Shown in pieces: positions 8,204-17,841 of a DNA stretch of 31,736 nucleotides. Made by a program: the position numbers and the translations under genes. Location of the stretch: NCBI GenBank assembly GCA_038279365.1, contig JAYODI010000063.1, forward strand, positions 3,447 to 35,182, read 5' to 3'. Source of the DNA: Candidatus Latescibacterota bacterium (GTDB taxonomy: Bacteria > Latescibacterota > UBA2968). The notes under the pieces are model-generated. The model saw only the letters and a program-made list of their open reading frames with translations, had not been told where the DNA came from and made no database searches. Within the stretch, counting starts at the first letter, position 1. Each line of letters starts with the position of its first letter.

Positions 8204-8751
8204 TATAATGTCTCCCCTCCAACAGGACGGTTGCAAGGACACAGTTCGTCTGTTTGCAAACCGTCGAGAATGCGCAGGGCTTCGGCAGGTGAACGCCCCA
8301 CATTGAGGTTGTTGACGGTCACGTGTTGGATGATGCCGTGTGGGTCAACAATGAAGGTGGCACGCAAGGCCACACCCGCATTGCGTTCGCGCACACCCAA
8401 GCCGTCTATGAGACTGCCATTGGTATCGGCCAACCACATAAAGGGTGAGTCTGTAAGGTCTTTGTGCTCGCGTCGCCAAGCCAAATGGCAAAATTCATTG
8501 TCTGTGGAACCACCCAAAAGAACGGCATCGCGGTCGTCAAATTCGGAATTGAGATTGCCATATTCGACAATTTCTGTGGGGCAAACGAAGGTGAAGTCTT
8601 TGGGCCAGAAGAATAAGACTTTCCATTTGCCTTCAAATGAGTCTTGCGTGACATCTTCAAAAGCTGAGTTGCCATTTTGTTCGTGTTGTGTAAAACCGGG
8701 TTTGACACCTACAACTTGAAATTCGGGAATTTTGTCTCCAACACCTAACAT
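8203..8751 (-). CDS. ahpC: Peroxiredoxin AhpC (AhpD-associated type)
   Basis: FWPKDFTFVCPTE, LRATFIVDP, VGRS..E.LR, ELCPCN; AGGAG SD before ATG 8751. Confidence 0.95.
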   Translation of the reverse strand: MLGVGDKIPEFQVVGVKPGFTQHEQNGNSAFEDVTQDSFEGKWKVLFFWPKDFTFVCPTEIVEYGNLNSEFDDRDAVLLGGSTDNEFCHLAWRREHKDLTDSPFMWLADTNGSLIDGLGVRERNAGVALRATFIVDPHGIIQHVTVNNLNVGRSPAEALRILDGLQTDELCPCNRPVGGETL

Positions 8752-8912
8752 TGTTGAACTCCTTCTTGTGATGAATAGGGATGAAATGTGGTGATTGCAA
8801 ATCAACAAGAGAAATGCAAACGTATTCATGATCATACTTGTTTGATCATCATGCAAGTTTGTTTTTTATTGCTTCGATAAATAAGATTACCATATGATTT
8901 TCAATAAATCAA

Positions 8913-8950
8913 ATCAATTATATTTATTGAATCATAAATAAAAACTATTA
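8913..8950. promoter_or_regulatory. Putative OxyR-binding site upstream of ahpC
   Basis: ATAA-N7-CTAT at 8934-8948; 30/38 identical to the site at 9530-9567. Confidence 0.7.
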
Positions 8951-8968
8951 AATCTCTGCCTGTCATTT

Positions 8969-9451
8969 TCACTTTAAGAGACTGCGCAACATCCAGGCGG
9001 CTTTTTCGTGCACTTGCATGCGTGAAATGAGCAAGTCGGCTGTGGGTTCATCGCCCGATCCTTGGGCGATGGGAATGACTTCACGGGCGGTGCGTGCTAC
9101 GGTTTCGTGGCTGCGCATCAAAATGCGGGTCATATCTGTTGCCTGTGGAACACCAGCGACATCTTCAATTTCGCTGAGTTGTGAGAATTGGCTGAAAGTG
9201 CCAGGTGCATAGTGGTCCAAAGCGCGAATGCGTTCGGCAATTTCATCAATGGCAGGTGCCAGTTCGGTATATTGCATTTCAAAAAGTTGATGCAGTGTGT
9301 GAAACATGGGGCCTTCGACATTCCAGTGAAAGTTGTGTGCTTGAACATAAAGCAGATAAGAGTCTGCTAAGACACGAGACAAGCCATTGGCAATTTTTGC
9401 ACGATTTTCGGGATCAATACCTACTTCTGGGGCAAATGTTGTTGCGCTCAT
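8969..9451 (-). CDS. dps: Dps family DNA starvation/stationary-phase protection protein
   Basis: HNFHWNVEGPMF..LH.LFE.QY, IDEIAERIRAL, HEKAAWML; GGAGG SD before ATG 9451. Confidence 0.96.
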   Translation of the reverse strand: MSATTFAPEVGIDPENRAKIANGLSRVLADSYLLYVQAHNFHWNVEGPMFHTLHQLFEMQYTELAPAIDEIAERIRALDHYAPGTFSQFSQLSEIEDVAGVPQATDMTRILMRSHETVARTAREVIPIAQGSGDEPTADLLISRMQVHEKAAWMLRSLLK

Positions 9452-9529
9452 ATGAACCTCCTTAAAACTCTCATAAGATTTTAATTGCTTACAGAGTAAA
9501 ATATACCGTATATATGGTTCATCAATTAA

Positions 9530-9567
9530 ATTGATTATATTTATAAATGTATAGATAAAAACTATTA
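9530..9567. promoter_or_regulatory. Putative OxyR-binding site in the dps/oxyR divergent promoter
   Basis: ATAG-N7-CTAT at 9551-9565 preceded by ATTG-N7-TTAT at 9530-9544. Confidence 0.75.
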
Positions 9568-9587
9568 CCAGATAATGAGGCATTAAC

Positions 9588-10559
9588 GTGAATTTAGATT
9601 ATCCCAATATTACAGTGACGCAGTTGGCTTATGTTTTGGCTGTGGCAGAGCATCGGCATTTTGGTGAGGCAGCTGACGCTTGTGGTGTGACGCAGCCCAC
9701 ATTGAGTATGCAAATTCAAAAGCTTGAAGATATGCTCGGCGTAACGGTTTTTGATCGGTCGAAGAAACCTGTGATGGTGACCGATATGGGCAAGGAGATT
9801 GTGGCACAAGCTGCGGTGGTGGTGCAAGAAATGCGACGGATGAATGATATTGTTGCTGCAACACAAGGTGAAGTGCGTGGTGATTTTCACTTGGGTGTGA
9901 TTCCCACGCTGGCACCTTATTTGTTACCGCGGTTTATCTCTCGTTTTGGCGATCAATTTCCCAATGTACGTTTGTTTGTGCGAGAAATGCAAACGGATGC
10001 GATTGCGATGCAGTTGAAGGACGGACATTTGGATGCAGGTTTACTGGCCACGCCATTGGGGCATTCGGGAATTTTAGAACGCCCCTTGTTTTATGAGCCA
10101 TTTGTACTTTATACGTCTGAAAAACATCCTTTATTTAAAAAAGCCAAAATTGATGAACGTGACTTGTGTTATGAAGACATTTGGTTATTGGCAGAAGGGC
10201 ATTGTCTGCGTACGCAAGTATTGAACTTGTGTGATGTGCGGTTAACTCAACCTGAAGATCGGCAAGTTCATTTTGACAGTGGAAGCTTGGAGACTGTGAT
10301 GCTGATGATAGAAAACGGGCGGGGGTACACACTGATCCCCTATCTGGCGGCTGAACAGATAGGGGATGCAAAGCGCAAAGCGATGTTGAAACCTTTTAAA
10401 GGCTCACCACCCCTTCGAGAGATTAGCTTGGTGTATCATCGTGCGTTTTTGAAGCGTGCAATTGTTGAGGCTTTGGAAAAAGTAATTTGTGGATCAATTC
10501 CCAAAACACTGTTGGTCAAACCCAAAACCGATACACAAGTTCAGCCGATTTATACATAG
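9588..10559 (+). CDS. oxyR: Hydrogen peroxide-inducible LysR regulator OxyR
   Basis: RHFGEAADAC.VTQPTLSMQI HTH; IPTLAPYLLP; redox cysteines in EGHCLRTQVLNLC; divergent from dps/ahpC. Confidence 0.93.
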   Translation: MNLDYPNITVTQLAYVLAVAEHRHFGEAADACGVTQPTLSMQIQKLEDMLGVTVFDRSKKPVMVTDMGKEIVAQAAVVVQEMRRMNDIVAATQGEVRGDFHLGVIPTLAPYLLPRFISRFGDQFPNVRLFVREMQTDAIAMQLKDGHLDAGLLATPLGHSGILERPLFYEPFVLYTSEKHPLFKKAKIDERDLCYEDIWLLAEGHCLRTQVLNLCDVRLTQPEDRQVHFDSGSLETVMLMIENGRGYTLIPYLAAEQIGDAKRKAMLKPFKGSPPLREISLVYHRAFLKRAIVEALEKVICGSIPKTLLVKPKTDTQVQPIYT

Positions 10560-12460
10560 GCATTGAGCCAATCGATCATGCGTTGGAGGTATTCTTCGCG
10601 AAAAGTGGGATGTGCATTTTTGCGAAAGCCATGTGCACCATTTGGAAAGCGTACAAATTCGACTGTTTTGCCTTGGCGTTTGAGTGCAACAAAGAACTGT
10701 TCACTTTGCTCAATGGGACAACGATAATCGGTTTCTCCGTGCATAAGTAAAACGGGCGTTTGTACTTGGGTGGCATAGGTGAGGGGTGAATGTTTGAGTA
10801 AGATGTCGATGTCGCCTACGGAAGAACCGCCCCACTGGTTTTCACCAAAGGAAACACCAATGTCGGAGGTGCCATACATGCTGTGTAAATTGATACATGG
10901 TGCGCCCACAACGGCGGCTTTGAAGCGGTGGTCGTGACCAACGATCCAACTGCTCATAAAGCCGCCGTAACTGTATCCGTGAACACCCAAGCGATGGGCA
11001 TCCACATAAGGGCGTTTACACATTTCATCTACGGCGGCCATCAGATCGAGAAAGTCTTCGCCGCCCCAGTCGCAAAGTACGGCTTTGAGAAAGTCTGGGC
11101 CATAGGATGATGAACCTCTTGGATTAACGGCAAGGACGATGTAGCCTGCACCCGCCAGTACTTGATGGGTGATGTCAAATGAATCGGAGAAACGCCCGTT
11201 GGGTCCCCCGTGTATTTCGAGCACGAGGGGGTATTTTTTTGTTTCGTTAAAATTGGGTGGATAGAAGACACGGGCTTGGATGGGCAGATCGTTTCGGGTA
11301 AAGGTGAACTTCTCAAGTTTGGCAGGGGGATGTGTTGACAGAAAATCTTCATTGAAGTGGGTGAGTTTTATCGGCGATCCGTGCTTAAGGTTCATTGCAT
11401 AAAGTGCACTGGGCGATGTGGGAGAATTGGTTTGGATGACGACTTGTGGATCCCGCATGGTAAACCCTGTAAACGTTTGTCCACCTCCTGTAATCGGCGT
11501 TGCTTCTCCGCCAGCAACAGGGACCCGATAAAGCGTGGATTCGCCAGCTTGATCGCCAATGACAACAATGTGGTTATCTGCTGTCCACGATTTTCTTCTG
11601 AGAGAAACAACTGTAAATGTACCATCTGTGAGTTGTTTTTCGGGTTTGTCTGGTGAAAGCACATAAAGCCAAGACATACGTGGGTCCCAAACGTCTGCGT
11701 CGTGTGACCCAATGGCTGCCAATTGGGTGCTGTCGGGTGACCAGGTGAGCACATCTACCCGACTTAAATTGGCAGACCAGCACACAGATGGCCCCCCTTT
11801 TGGCGAAATGACATGGGCTTCAGATCGTCGGTTAAAGTCGCGATCATTCACGGCATTGGTAATAAATGCAATGTATTTGCCATCGGGTGACCAGATGGGT
11901 GCGCGATGATCACCTTCTTCGTGGGTGATCTGTGTGGCTTCACCTGTATCGAGGCTGATGACAAAAAGTTGGAGAAATGAATTGCCCAACCAGCCTTCTT
12001 CATCTCCACGATATCGGATGCGTTGTATCACTTGCGATTGGGGTATGTTGCTTGGGTTATTTGTTTGGCTGGGGTCTATGCGTGAGGCAATGACAAAATG
12101 CTGATTGTCAGGGGCCCAAGAGAACTCGTGGATGCCTGTTTCGAGAAACGTACACTGTTTGGCTTCGCCCCCAGAAGTGGACAGGAGATAGATCTGCTTT
12201 TTGCCCTTTTCATCTGGGCGCAAAAAAGCAATGTTTTCACCATTGGGTGCATATTTGGGTTGTCCGTCTTTTTCGCCCTGTGTAAAAACTTCGGGTATGC
12301 CATTGGGTAAGGTTTGGCACATAATTTGAGAAACAGATTTGTTCTTGTCTGTGTCTATGGTTGTGCGCACAAAAACCAGGGAAGACCCGTCTGGTGAGAT
12401 GTGCGGCGTTGAAACGTCAATGAGTGTATTGACATGTTTGGGTAAAATGGATGATGGCAT
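10550..12460 (-). CDS. S9 family peptidase (acylaminoacyl/dipeptidyl-peptidase-like)
   Basis: WSPDG propeller repeats, IHGGP, NPRGS, GYSYGG nucleophile, HGETDYRC, GAHG. Confidence 0.95.
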   Translation of the reverse strand: MPSSILPKHVNTLIDVSTPHISPDGSSLVFVRTTIDTDKNKSVSQIMCQTLPNGIPEVFTQGEKDGQPKYAPNGENIAFLRPDEKGKKQIYLLSTSGGEAKQCTFLETGIHEFSWAPDNQHFVIASRIDPSQTNNPSNIPQSQVIQRIRYRGDEEGWLGNSFLQLFVISLDTGEATQITHEEGDHRAPIWSPDGKYIAFITNAVNDRDFNRRSEAHVISPKGGPSVCWSANLSRVDVLTWSPDSTQLAAIGSHDADVWDPRMSWLYVLSPDKPEKQLTDGTFTVVSLRRKSWTADNHIVVIGDQAGESTLYRVPVAGGEATPITGGGQTFTGFTMRDPQVVIQTNSPTSPSALYAMNLKHGSPIKLTHFNEDFLSTHPPAKLEKFTFTRNDLPIQARVFYPPNFNETKKYPLVLEIHGGPNGRFSDSFDITHQVLAGAGYIVLAVNPRGSSSYGPDFLKAVLCDWGGEDFLDLMAAVDEMCKRPYVDAHRLGVHGYSYGGFMSSWIVGHDHRFKAAVVGAPCINLHSMYGTSDIGVSFGENQWGGSSVGDIDILLKHSPLTYATQVQTPVLLMHGETDYRCPIEQSEQFFVALKRQGKTVEFVRFPNGAHGFRKNAHPTFREEYLQRMIDWLNAYV

Positions 12461-12646
12461 GGAGGCTCCAATATTTGTTTATGAGAAGTATGAATCAAGT
12501 TTATGTGGAATTTTGAACGCTATGTTCACGTATTGATTTGAGGTTTAAGAGAGTTATTTTAAGAAGTTGCTTTTTTATAACCGGTTATAGAACATTTGAA
12601 ACATGGCACATCTATTGCGATATCAAAGCAAAATATTAACTTGAAT

Positions 12647-12668
12647 AATATAACTTATAGGTTATATT
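12647..12668 (+). promoter_or_regulatory. Imperfect palindrome overlapping the TA promoter (putative antitoxin operator)
   Basis: AATATAACT-tata-GGTTATATT between TTGAAT (12641) and TATATT (12663); related palindrome TATAACCGGTTATA at 12576-12589. Confidence 0.6.
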
Positions 12669-12672
12669 CGTT

Positions 12673-13008
12673 ATGGATATCCAATTTTATTATACACGTT
12701 TCGGAAATTCTCCTGTTGAGAAATTGATTTTGGCGATGCCGAGCGTGGTTCGAGAAGATGTATTTTTGACACTTGACCGTTTGGCTCGTGGAGAAAATTT
12801 AACGATGCCTCTCAGCAGGCCCTTATTTGATATCGCTTTGGGTTTGCATGAATTGCGATTTCGGCATGAACCAAATATTTATCGGGTATTTTATTATATC
12901 AAACGAGGTGATGCAATTTATATCGTTCATGCCATTCAAAAAAAGACTCAGCAAATCGCTTTGAAAGATAGAAGACTCATTTTGAAAAGACTCAAGGAGA
13001 TTTTGTGA
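12673..13008 (+). CDS. Type II toxin, RelE/ParE superfamily (Gp49/HigB-like)
   Basis: G.SPV, MPLSRPL, GLHELR, YRVFY, IVHAIQKKTQQ; toxin-first order. Confidence 0.88.
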   Translation: MDIQFYYTRFGNSPVEKLILAMPSVVREDVFLTLDRLARGENLTMPLSRPLFDIALGLHELRFRHEPNIYRVFYYIKRGDAIYIVHAIQKKTQQIALKDRRLILKRLKEIL

Positions 13009-13313
13009 TGCCTTGGCAAAAGGTTAACTTGGAATCTTGGGCACAGGAAACAGGTGTTGATCTTCCTGAATTGCGCCAAAAAAATCAGTTGATTGAAGAG
13101 ATCGTCAATGCGCGTAAAGCATTGAAGCTGACACAAGTTCAATTGGCTAAGCTTGTGGGGGTGTCACAGCCGCGTATTGCCCAAATAGAAAATCGCACGC
13201 GTATTGGTTCTATTACATTTGATGTCTTGTTTCAGATTTTAGGTCATTTGGGATTTGCGTTTGATATTCGCATGCGCAAAGTAAAAGAACCTGATTTGTC
13301 GGTGGCAAGATAA
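13005..13313 (+). CDS. XRE-family HTH antitoxin (HigA-like)
   Basis: ARKALKLTQVQLAKLVGVSQPRIAQIEN; overlaps the toxin stop codon. Confidence 0.88.
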   Translation: MMPWQKVNLESWAQETGVDLPELRQKNQLIEEIVNARKALKLTQVQLAKLVGVSQPRIAQIENRTRIGSITFDVLFQILGHLGFAFDIRMRKVKEPDLSVAR

Positions 13314-13315
13314 TC

Positions 13316-13358
13316 CATAAAGAATCCCCGACAATTGTTCTGACGGGGATTCTTTATG
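13316..13358. terminator. Stem-loop downstream of TA operon
   Basis: CATAAAGAATCCCCG...CGGGGATTCTTTATG 15-bp inverted repeat. Confidence 0.65.
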
Positions 13359-13388
13359 ATATGAAAGCTGTTTATATTTGCCAATGTT

Positions 13389-13417
13389 AAAAGCACTCAC
13401 CATGTGAGTGCTTTTTT
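13389..13417. terminator. Bidirectional intrinsic terminator
   Basis: AAAAGCACTCAC-cat-GTGAGTGCTTTTTT. Confidence 0.75.
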
Positions 13418-13423
13418 GTTTTG

Positions 13424-15628
13424 TTAGGATATATCGTGTGACAATGAGTAGGGCAGTTTATCCTTTGACCAATTGGGATTGTGGGGCGTGTTGGTCATGG
13501 TGAAAGACAATGTGCCGCCATTTGTGATGTCTTCTTGGGTGATGTCGGCGCGGTTTAGATCTTGGTTGTTGAGTTGAATGTTTTTTGCATAAACATTTTC
13601 GATACTGTTTTCGGGTGCGTTGATGGTGAGGGTTTTATCGTTTGAGAGAAAGAGGGTCGCACTTTTGAAAAGCGGGCTACCGAGAATGTAAGACGGATGT
13701 CCGGGACAGAAGGGATAAAATCCGAGCGCATTGAAGATGTACCACGCAGACATTTCGCCATTGTCTTCGTCGCCTGCAAAACCGTCGGGGTCGGAGGAGT
13801 AGAGTTCGTTGAGCACACGGCGCACCCAATATTGGGTTTTGGAAGGTTTTCCGGCACACGTATAGAGATAGAGAACGTGGTGAACAGGCTGGTTAGAGTG
13901 GGCATATTGGCCAAAGTCTACGGCGGCCATTTCGGTCATTTCGTGGATTTCGGTGGGGTAAGTGCCCACGTCAAATGAGGGTGGGAGCGACATCATTTTG
14001 TCTAACTTTTGAACCGTTTTTTCAGGGCCGCCAAAGAGGTCGATAAGGCCATCGGGGTCGTGCGGTACAGCCCAACCACATTGCCAAGCAGAGCCTTCAA
14101 TAAAAGCGCCGCCCCAAGCAAATTCGTTGAAGGGTGTTTCCCAGGAACCATCGGTATTTCGTCCACGCATAAAATCGACATTGGGGTCGAATGTGTTGCG
14201 ATAATAAAATGCGCGTTTGATGAAACGTTCGTAATCGTCTTGTTTGCCGAGGGCTTTGGCGACTTGAGCGACACAGTAGTCGTTGTAGGCAAAATCTTGG
14301 GTGCGCGATGCGGCGTGGTCAACGCGGTCGGCGGGGACGTAGCCGAGTTGGTCAAATTCCATAATGCCTCGCCGGCCATAATGCCCGGCTTCGTCACCGA
14401 CTTCAGTGGCATTTTTTCGCATGGCTTGGTAAGCCGATTCGATGTCGAAGTTGCGAATGCCTTTGAAATAGGCATCGGCAAAAACGGCATCGAGGTGGGT
14501 GCCAATCATACAGTTGCGATACCCTGGGCTTGCCCATTTGGGTGTCCAACCGCCTTCTATGCTGGCGTTGGTCCAGCCTTGCATGATGGTGGTTAGATGC
14601 TCGGGATAAAGAATGGAGAGAAGCGAGTAGACGGTTCGATGGGTGTCCCAAAAACCATTGTCGGTGACCAATGGGCCTGAGTGAATTTGGCCATCGTAGG
14701 GGCTAAAATGGATTTGGTTGTTGTGTTGATCGTATTCGTGCCAAAAACGAGGGAACAGAACTGAGCGATAGAGGCAGGTGTAGAAAGTTTTGTTTTGTGT
14801 TTCGGTGGCGTCTTCGATGTGAACTCGGTTGAGCATGTCTTGCCATAGGCGTTCGGTTTCAAGGCGAATGACGTCAAAAGGACGGTTGCCGAGTTCATTT
14901 TCTAAGTTTTGTTTGGCTTGTTCTATGCTGATGAAGGAGGTGCCGATGCGCATGTTGACGGTTTTGTTATCGAGTTCGACATAACCGCCCACACGGTTAC
15001 CCGTGCGTTCTGATTCGCCTTCGTATGTGTTTTTACTTTGGAATGTGCCGTGATTTGTGATTGCGCGGTCGAATGTGGCGTAGAAATAACAGGCAAATCC
15101 TTCGGGCACGCCGCCACTGTTGGCGCGGGTGTATCCGGTAAGGGTTTGTTGGTTGGGGTGGATGTGAATATGAGATTCCCCTTCGAAAGTGTCGAGAATG
15201 ACACGTGGTATTTGGTTGGGTGGGAAGGAGAAACGAAAAATGGCACAGCGTTCGGTGGGCGTCATTTCGAGGGTGGTTTGATAACGTCCCAAATAGGTTC
15301 TGAAGTAATTGGGGTGGATTTCGGTTTGGTCACGACGAAAGACGGAGGCACGCCGACCGTCGCTGGTAAAGAGGCGACCTGATTGGGGCATGATGGTGAA
15401 GTGACCATAGTCGCCAATCCAAGGGCTGGGCTGGCGGGTGGCACGCATGCCTTCAAATTGGCGGGCATCTGGGTGGTAAAAACGGCGGCTTTCTTCGGTT
15501 TGTGGTGCCCAAGATGTCATGGCAAAAGGTCGGGTAACCAAAGGCAAGGTGTTGCCACTTGAAAAGCGGTGAACAGATGCGGTACCTTGCTCGGGGTTGA
15601 TAAATTTGATTAAATCGCGCTTAATCAT
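13424..15628 (-). CDS. GH92 family alpha-mannosidase
   Basis: GNTLP, QPSPWIGDYG, GFWDTHR, CMIG, FIEGSAWQ, GQYAHSNQP.HH, GDEDNGEMSAWY; no obvious signal peptide. Confidence 0.95.
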   Translation of the reverse strand: MIKRDLIKFINPEQGTASVHRFSSGNTLPLVTRPFAMTSWAPQTEESRRFYHPDARQFEGMRATRQPSPWIGDYGHFTIMPQSGRLFTSDGRRASVFRRDQTEIHPNYFRTYLGRYQTTLEMTPTERCAIFRFSFPPNQIPRVILDTFEGESHIHIHPNQQTLTGYTRANSGGVPEGFACYFYATFDRAITNHGTFQSKNTYEGESERTGNRVGGYVELDNKTVNMRIGTSFISIEQAKQNLENELGNRPFDVIRLETERLWQDMLNRVHIEDATETQNKTFYTCLYRSVLFPRFWHEYDQHNNQIHFSPYDGQIHSGPLVTDNGFWDTHRTVYSLLSILYPEHLTTIMQGWTNASIEGGWTPKWASPGYRNCMIGTHLDAVFADAYFKGIRNFDIESAYQAMRKNATEVGDEAGHYGRRGIMEFDQLGYVPADRVDHAASRTQDFAYNDYCVAQVAKALGKQDDYERFIKRAFYYRNTFDPNVDFMRGRNTDGSWETPFNEFAWGGAFIEGSAWQCGWAVPHDPDGLIDLFGGPEKTVQKLDKMMSLPPSFDVGTYPTEIHEMTEMAAVDFGQYAHSNQPVHHVLYLYTCAGKPSKTQYWVRRVLNELYSSDPDGFAGDEDNGEMSAWYIFNALGFYPFCPGHPSYILGSPLFKSATLFLSNDKTLTINAPENSIENVYAKNIQLNNQDLNRADITQEDITNGGTLSFTMTNTPHNPNWSKDKLPYSLSHDIS

Positions 15629-15817
15629 TCAAAAACCTCTTAAAAATAGGGGTAAAAGTAAAAACATCTATTGACAAGATATGTGAATTCGTGTACATAC
15701 TGCCATGTAATTCTCACCCCACCTGCCCTTGGGTGGTTTTAGAAAAGAGATTAGGGTATGTTGAATATTCTTTTCTATTTTGCTTTTTCCAGCTTTAGGC
15801 TGGGGAGGGTTGTAGGC

Positions 15818-16603
15818 GTGGCAGAACACAAGCATATTTATGAACGGGCAGTTTATTATGACATCGTTTTTAACCGAGATGTAAGTCGCGATGTGGCATT
15901 TATGAAAGCGGCATTTTTGAAGTATGCCAACCGCGATCTTCAGTCGGTTATCGACATCGCCTGTGGACCGGGTTATCATGCGCGTGCATTTGCAACACAA
16001 GGGATACGCGCCGTGGGCTTGGATTTGCGCCCTGAGATGGTGGCTTATGGTCAAAGTCTTGTGGGTGATAACCCCAACATGAGTTGGATTTCTGCGGATA
16101 TGCGCAATTTTAAGTTGGATGCGCCCGTTGATTTGGCGCTGTGTATGTATGACAGCATTGATGCATTGGTCACCAATGCCGATATGATTGCCCATTTTCA
16201 AGCGGTGGCAAACAATTTGACGCCTAAAGGGCTTTATATTATTGAGTGCATCCATCCACGCGATTGTTCGCCGTATCATTATGGCATTCACAAGTATCGT
16301 GGGCGTCGCAATGGCACGGCTGTAGAAGTGCATTTGGGTGTTAATCGCCCTATCTTTCACCCTGTAACATGTGTGGGTGAGGTCGAGTTTGAAATGCGCG
16401 TGCGTGAAAATGGCCAAGTGCAAACCATTCGTGAACGCTCACAAGAGCGGTTGTATAATGCTCGCGAAATTGAGTTGTTGGCTGGCGACTCAGATGCCTT
16501 AGAAGTGGTCGATTGGTTGGGCGACCTTGACTTAAACCAGCCTTTGGATAATTCGGCGCAGTCGGTGAGCATGGTTGCCATTTTGCAAAAAAAATCTATA
16601 TAA
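15818..16603 (+). CDS. Class I SAM-dependent methyltransferase
   Basis: VIDIACGPG motif I, GLDL..EM, ADMRNF, NLTPKGLYII; GTG start at 15818 after GGGGAGG. Confidence 0.9.
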   Translation: MAEHKHIYERAVYYDIVFNRDVSRDVAFMKAAFLKYANRDLQSVIDIACGPGYHARAFATQGIRAVGLDLRPEMVAYGQSLVGDNPNMSWISADMRNFKLDAPVDLALCMYDSIDALVTNADMIAHFQAVANNLTPKGLYIIECIHPRDCSPYHYGIHKYRGRRNGTAVEVHLGVNRPIFHPVTCVGEVEFEMRVRENGQVQTIRERSQERLYNAREIELLAGDSDALEVVDWLGDLDLNQPLDNSAQSVSMVAILQKKSI

Positions 16604-16635
16604 CTTGATTTTTGAATTATGATTGATGTGTTGTT

Positions 16636-16668
16636 AAGAGCCCTCTTGTTTTGCTCAGGAGGGCTCTT
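16636..16668. terminator. Stem-loop between convergent genes
   Basis: AAGAGCCCTCTTG...CAGGAGGGCTCTT. Confidence 0.65.
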
Positions 16669-16686
16669 GTGTTTTGTTGTGTCTAT

Positions 16687-17574
16687 TTATGCAAGGAGTT
16701 CGGCTTGTTCTAAGGCTGAACGAATGGCTTCTTTTTGTTCTGTGGCTGTGGGTGGCATGGGGGGGCGAGGGAGGCCCCCGTTTCGACCTTGGAGGTGCAT
16801 GGCATATTTGGTGTTGGCCGGAAGGTTATCGGCAAAAATGGCGTTCCAAATGGGGAGGAGTTTTTTGTGCAGGTCGAGAGCGGTTTGATGATCGCCTGCG
16901 TGATAGGCATTCCATTGGGCCACACAAAGCGTGGGTGCGGCGGTGAGGATGGCGGCAATAGAACCGTGGGCACCGAGGGCATAAGACGGATACAGGAGGG
17001 CATCAACAGCCGTCATGATGCGGGCGCGGTCACCGGCCATGAGGAGGAGGTCGGCCAAGAGTTTCATGTCACCCGCACTTTGTTTGACGCCCACGACGCC
17101 TTCTACAGAGTCGATGATGCGGGTGAGGAGTTGGGGTGAGAGGTAGGTCCAAGGAACGACGTTGTAAATCATGACTGGTAAGCCTGTGCCTTCGCAGAGC
17201 GCTTCAAAGTGACGCACCATGGCGTCGTCGTTGGGACGAAAGAGGTAGTGAACAGGGGTGACTTGAAGGGCGACAGGGCCGAGGTCGGCAACGGCTTTGC
17301 CGCGTTCGATGGCCGATTGGGTGCTGTCTGTAATGATGCCCGTGATGATGGGAATGCGGCCTTTGGCTTCTTCTATGGCCCACTTGGTAAGGGTGTAGAC
17401 TTCGTTGTCTGTAAGGGTATGTCCTTCGCCTGTGCTGCCTGTAACAGCAAGGCCGTGTACGTGTGCGGTTTCGATGAGGTAGTTGACTTCGTTGCGAAAT
17501 GCGCTTTCGTCGATGGTGTTGTTTTCTTTGAAGGGTGTGACCATTGGGGGGACGATGCCATAGATTTGTTGCAT
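16687..17574 (-). CDS. Dihydrodipicolinate synthase / N-acetylneuraminate lyase family aldolase
   Basis: PPMVTPF, GSTGE, MIYNV (Tyr), GVKQS (Schiff-base Lys); ATG 17574 with AGAGG SD; lacks YN.P.R, so probably not true DapA. Confidence 0.9.
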   Translation of the reverse strand: MQQIYGIVPPMVTPFKENNTIDESAFRNEVNYLIETAHVHGLAVTGSTGEGHTLTDNEVYTLTKWAIEEAKGRIPIITGIITDSTQSAIERGKAVADLGPVALQVTPVHYLFRPNDDAMVRHFEALCEGTGLPVMIYNVVPWTYLSPQLLTRIIDSVEGVVGVKQSAGDMKLLADLLLMAGDRARIMTAVDALLYPSYALGAHGSIAAILTAAPTLCVAQWNAYHAGDHQTALDLHKKLLPIWNAIFADNLPANTKYAMHLQGRNGGLPRPPMPPTATEQKEAIRSALEQAELLA

Positions 17575-17595
17575 GAGAACCTCTTTAGAAAGCTG

Positions 17596-17693
17596 TCGCA
17601 GGTCACAAGTCGAAAAACCGCAGGTCAAAGGCAAAAAACAGTTTATTGGTTTCGGGTTTTGGGCTTGTGACCTTTGGGCCTGAGACCTGAGAC
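17596..17693. repeat. Imperfect inverted repeat built from 7-mer units (AGGTCNC / GAGACCT)
   Basis: GTCGCAGGTCACAAGTCG...GCAGGTCAAAGGC versus GCTTGTGACCTTTGGGCCTGAGACCTGAGAC. Confidence 0.6.
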
Positions 17694-17841
17694 TGATTTT
17701 TATGAATATATATTTACAAAAATAAACAGCAAGCATGTGTTGAAGTGATTGCACTTCGGTTTGGGAGGTGTTATCTTCGGTTTTATAAAATATAACTTGT
17801 GATGGTATCATTTTCATTTTATAAGCACATTGGAATTGAAT

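Noticed and set aside
8752..8856. Longer starts for ahpC, ahpD, dps and the methyltransferase given by the ORF track
   Set aside because: Downstream starts have SD sequences and match family N-termini; the extensions cross promoter DNA or the neighbouring gene.
16687..17574. dapA assignment
   Set aside because: It lacks the DapA-typical PYYN and YN.P.R motifs and has no lysine-pathway context.
17575..17817. 81-aa N-terminal extension of the DHDPS-family ORF
   Set aside because: It runs through the 7-mer inverted repeat and AT-rich promoter DNA; family similarity and the SD begin at 17574.
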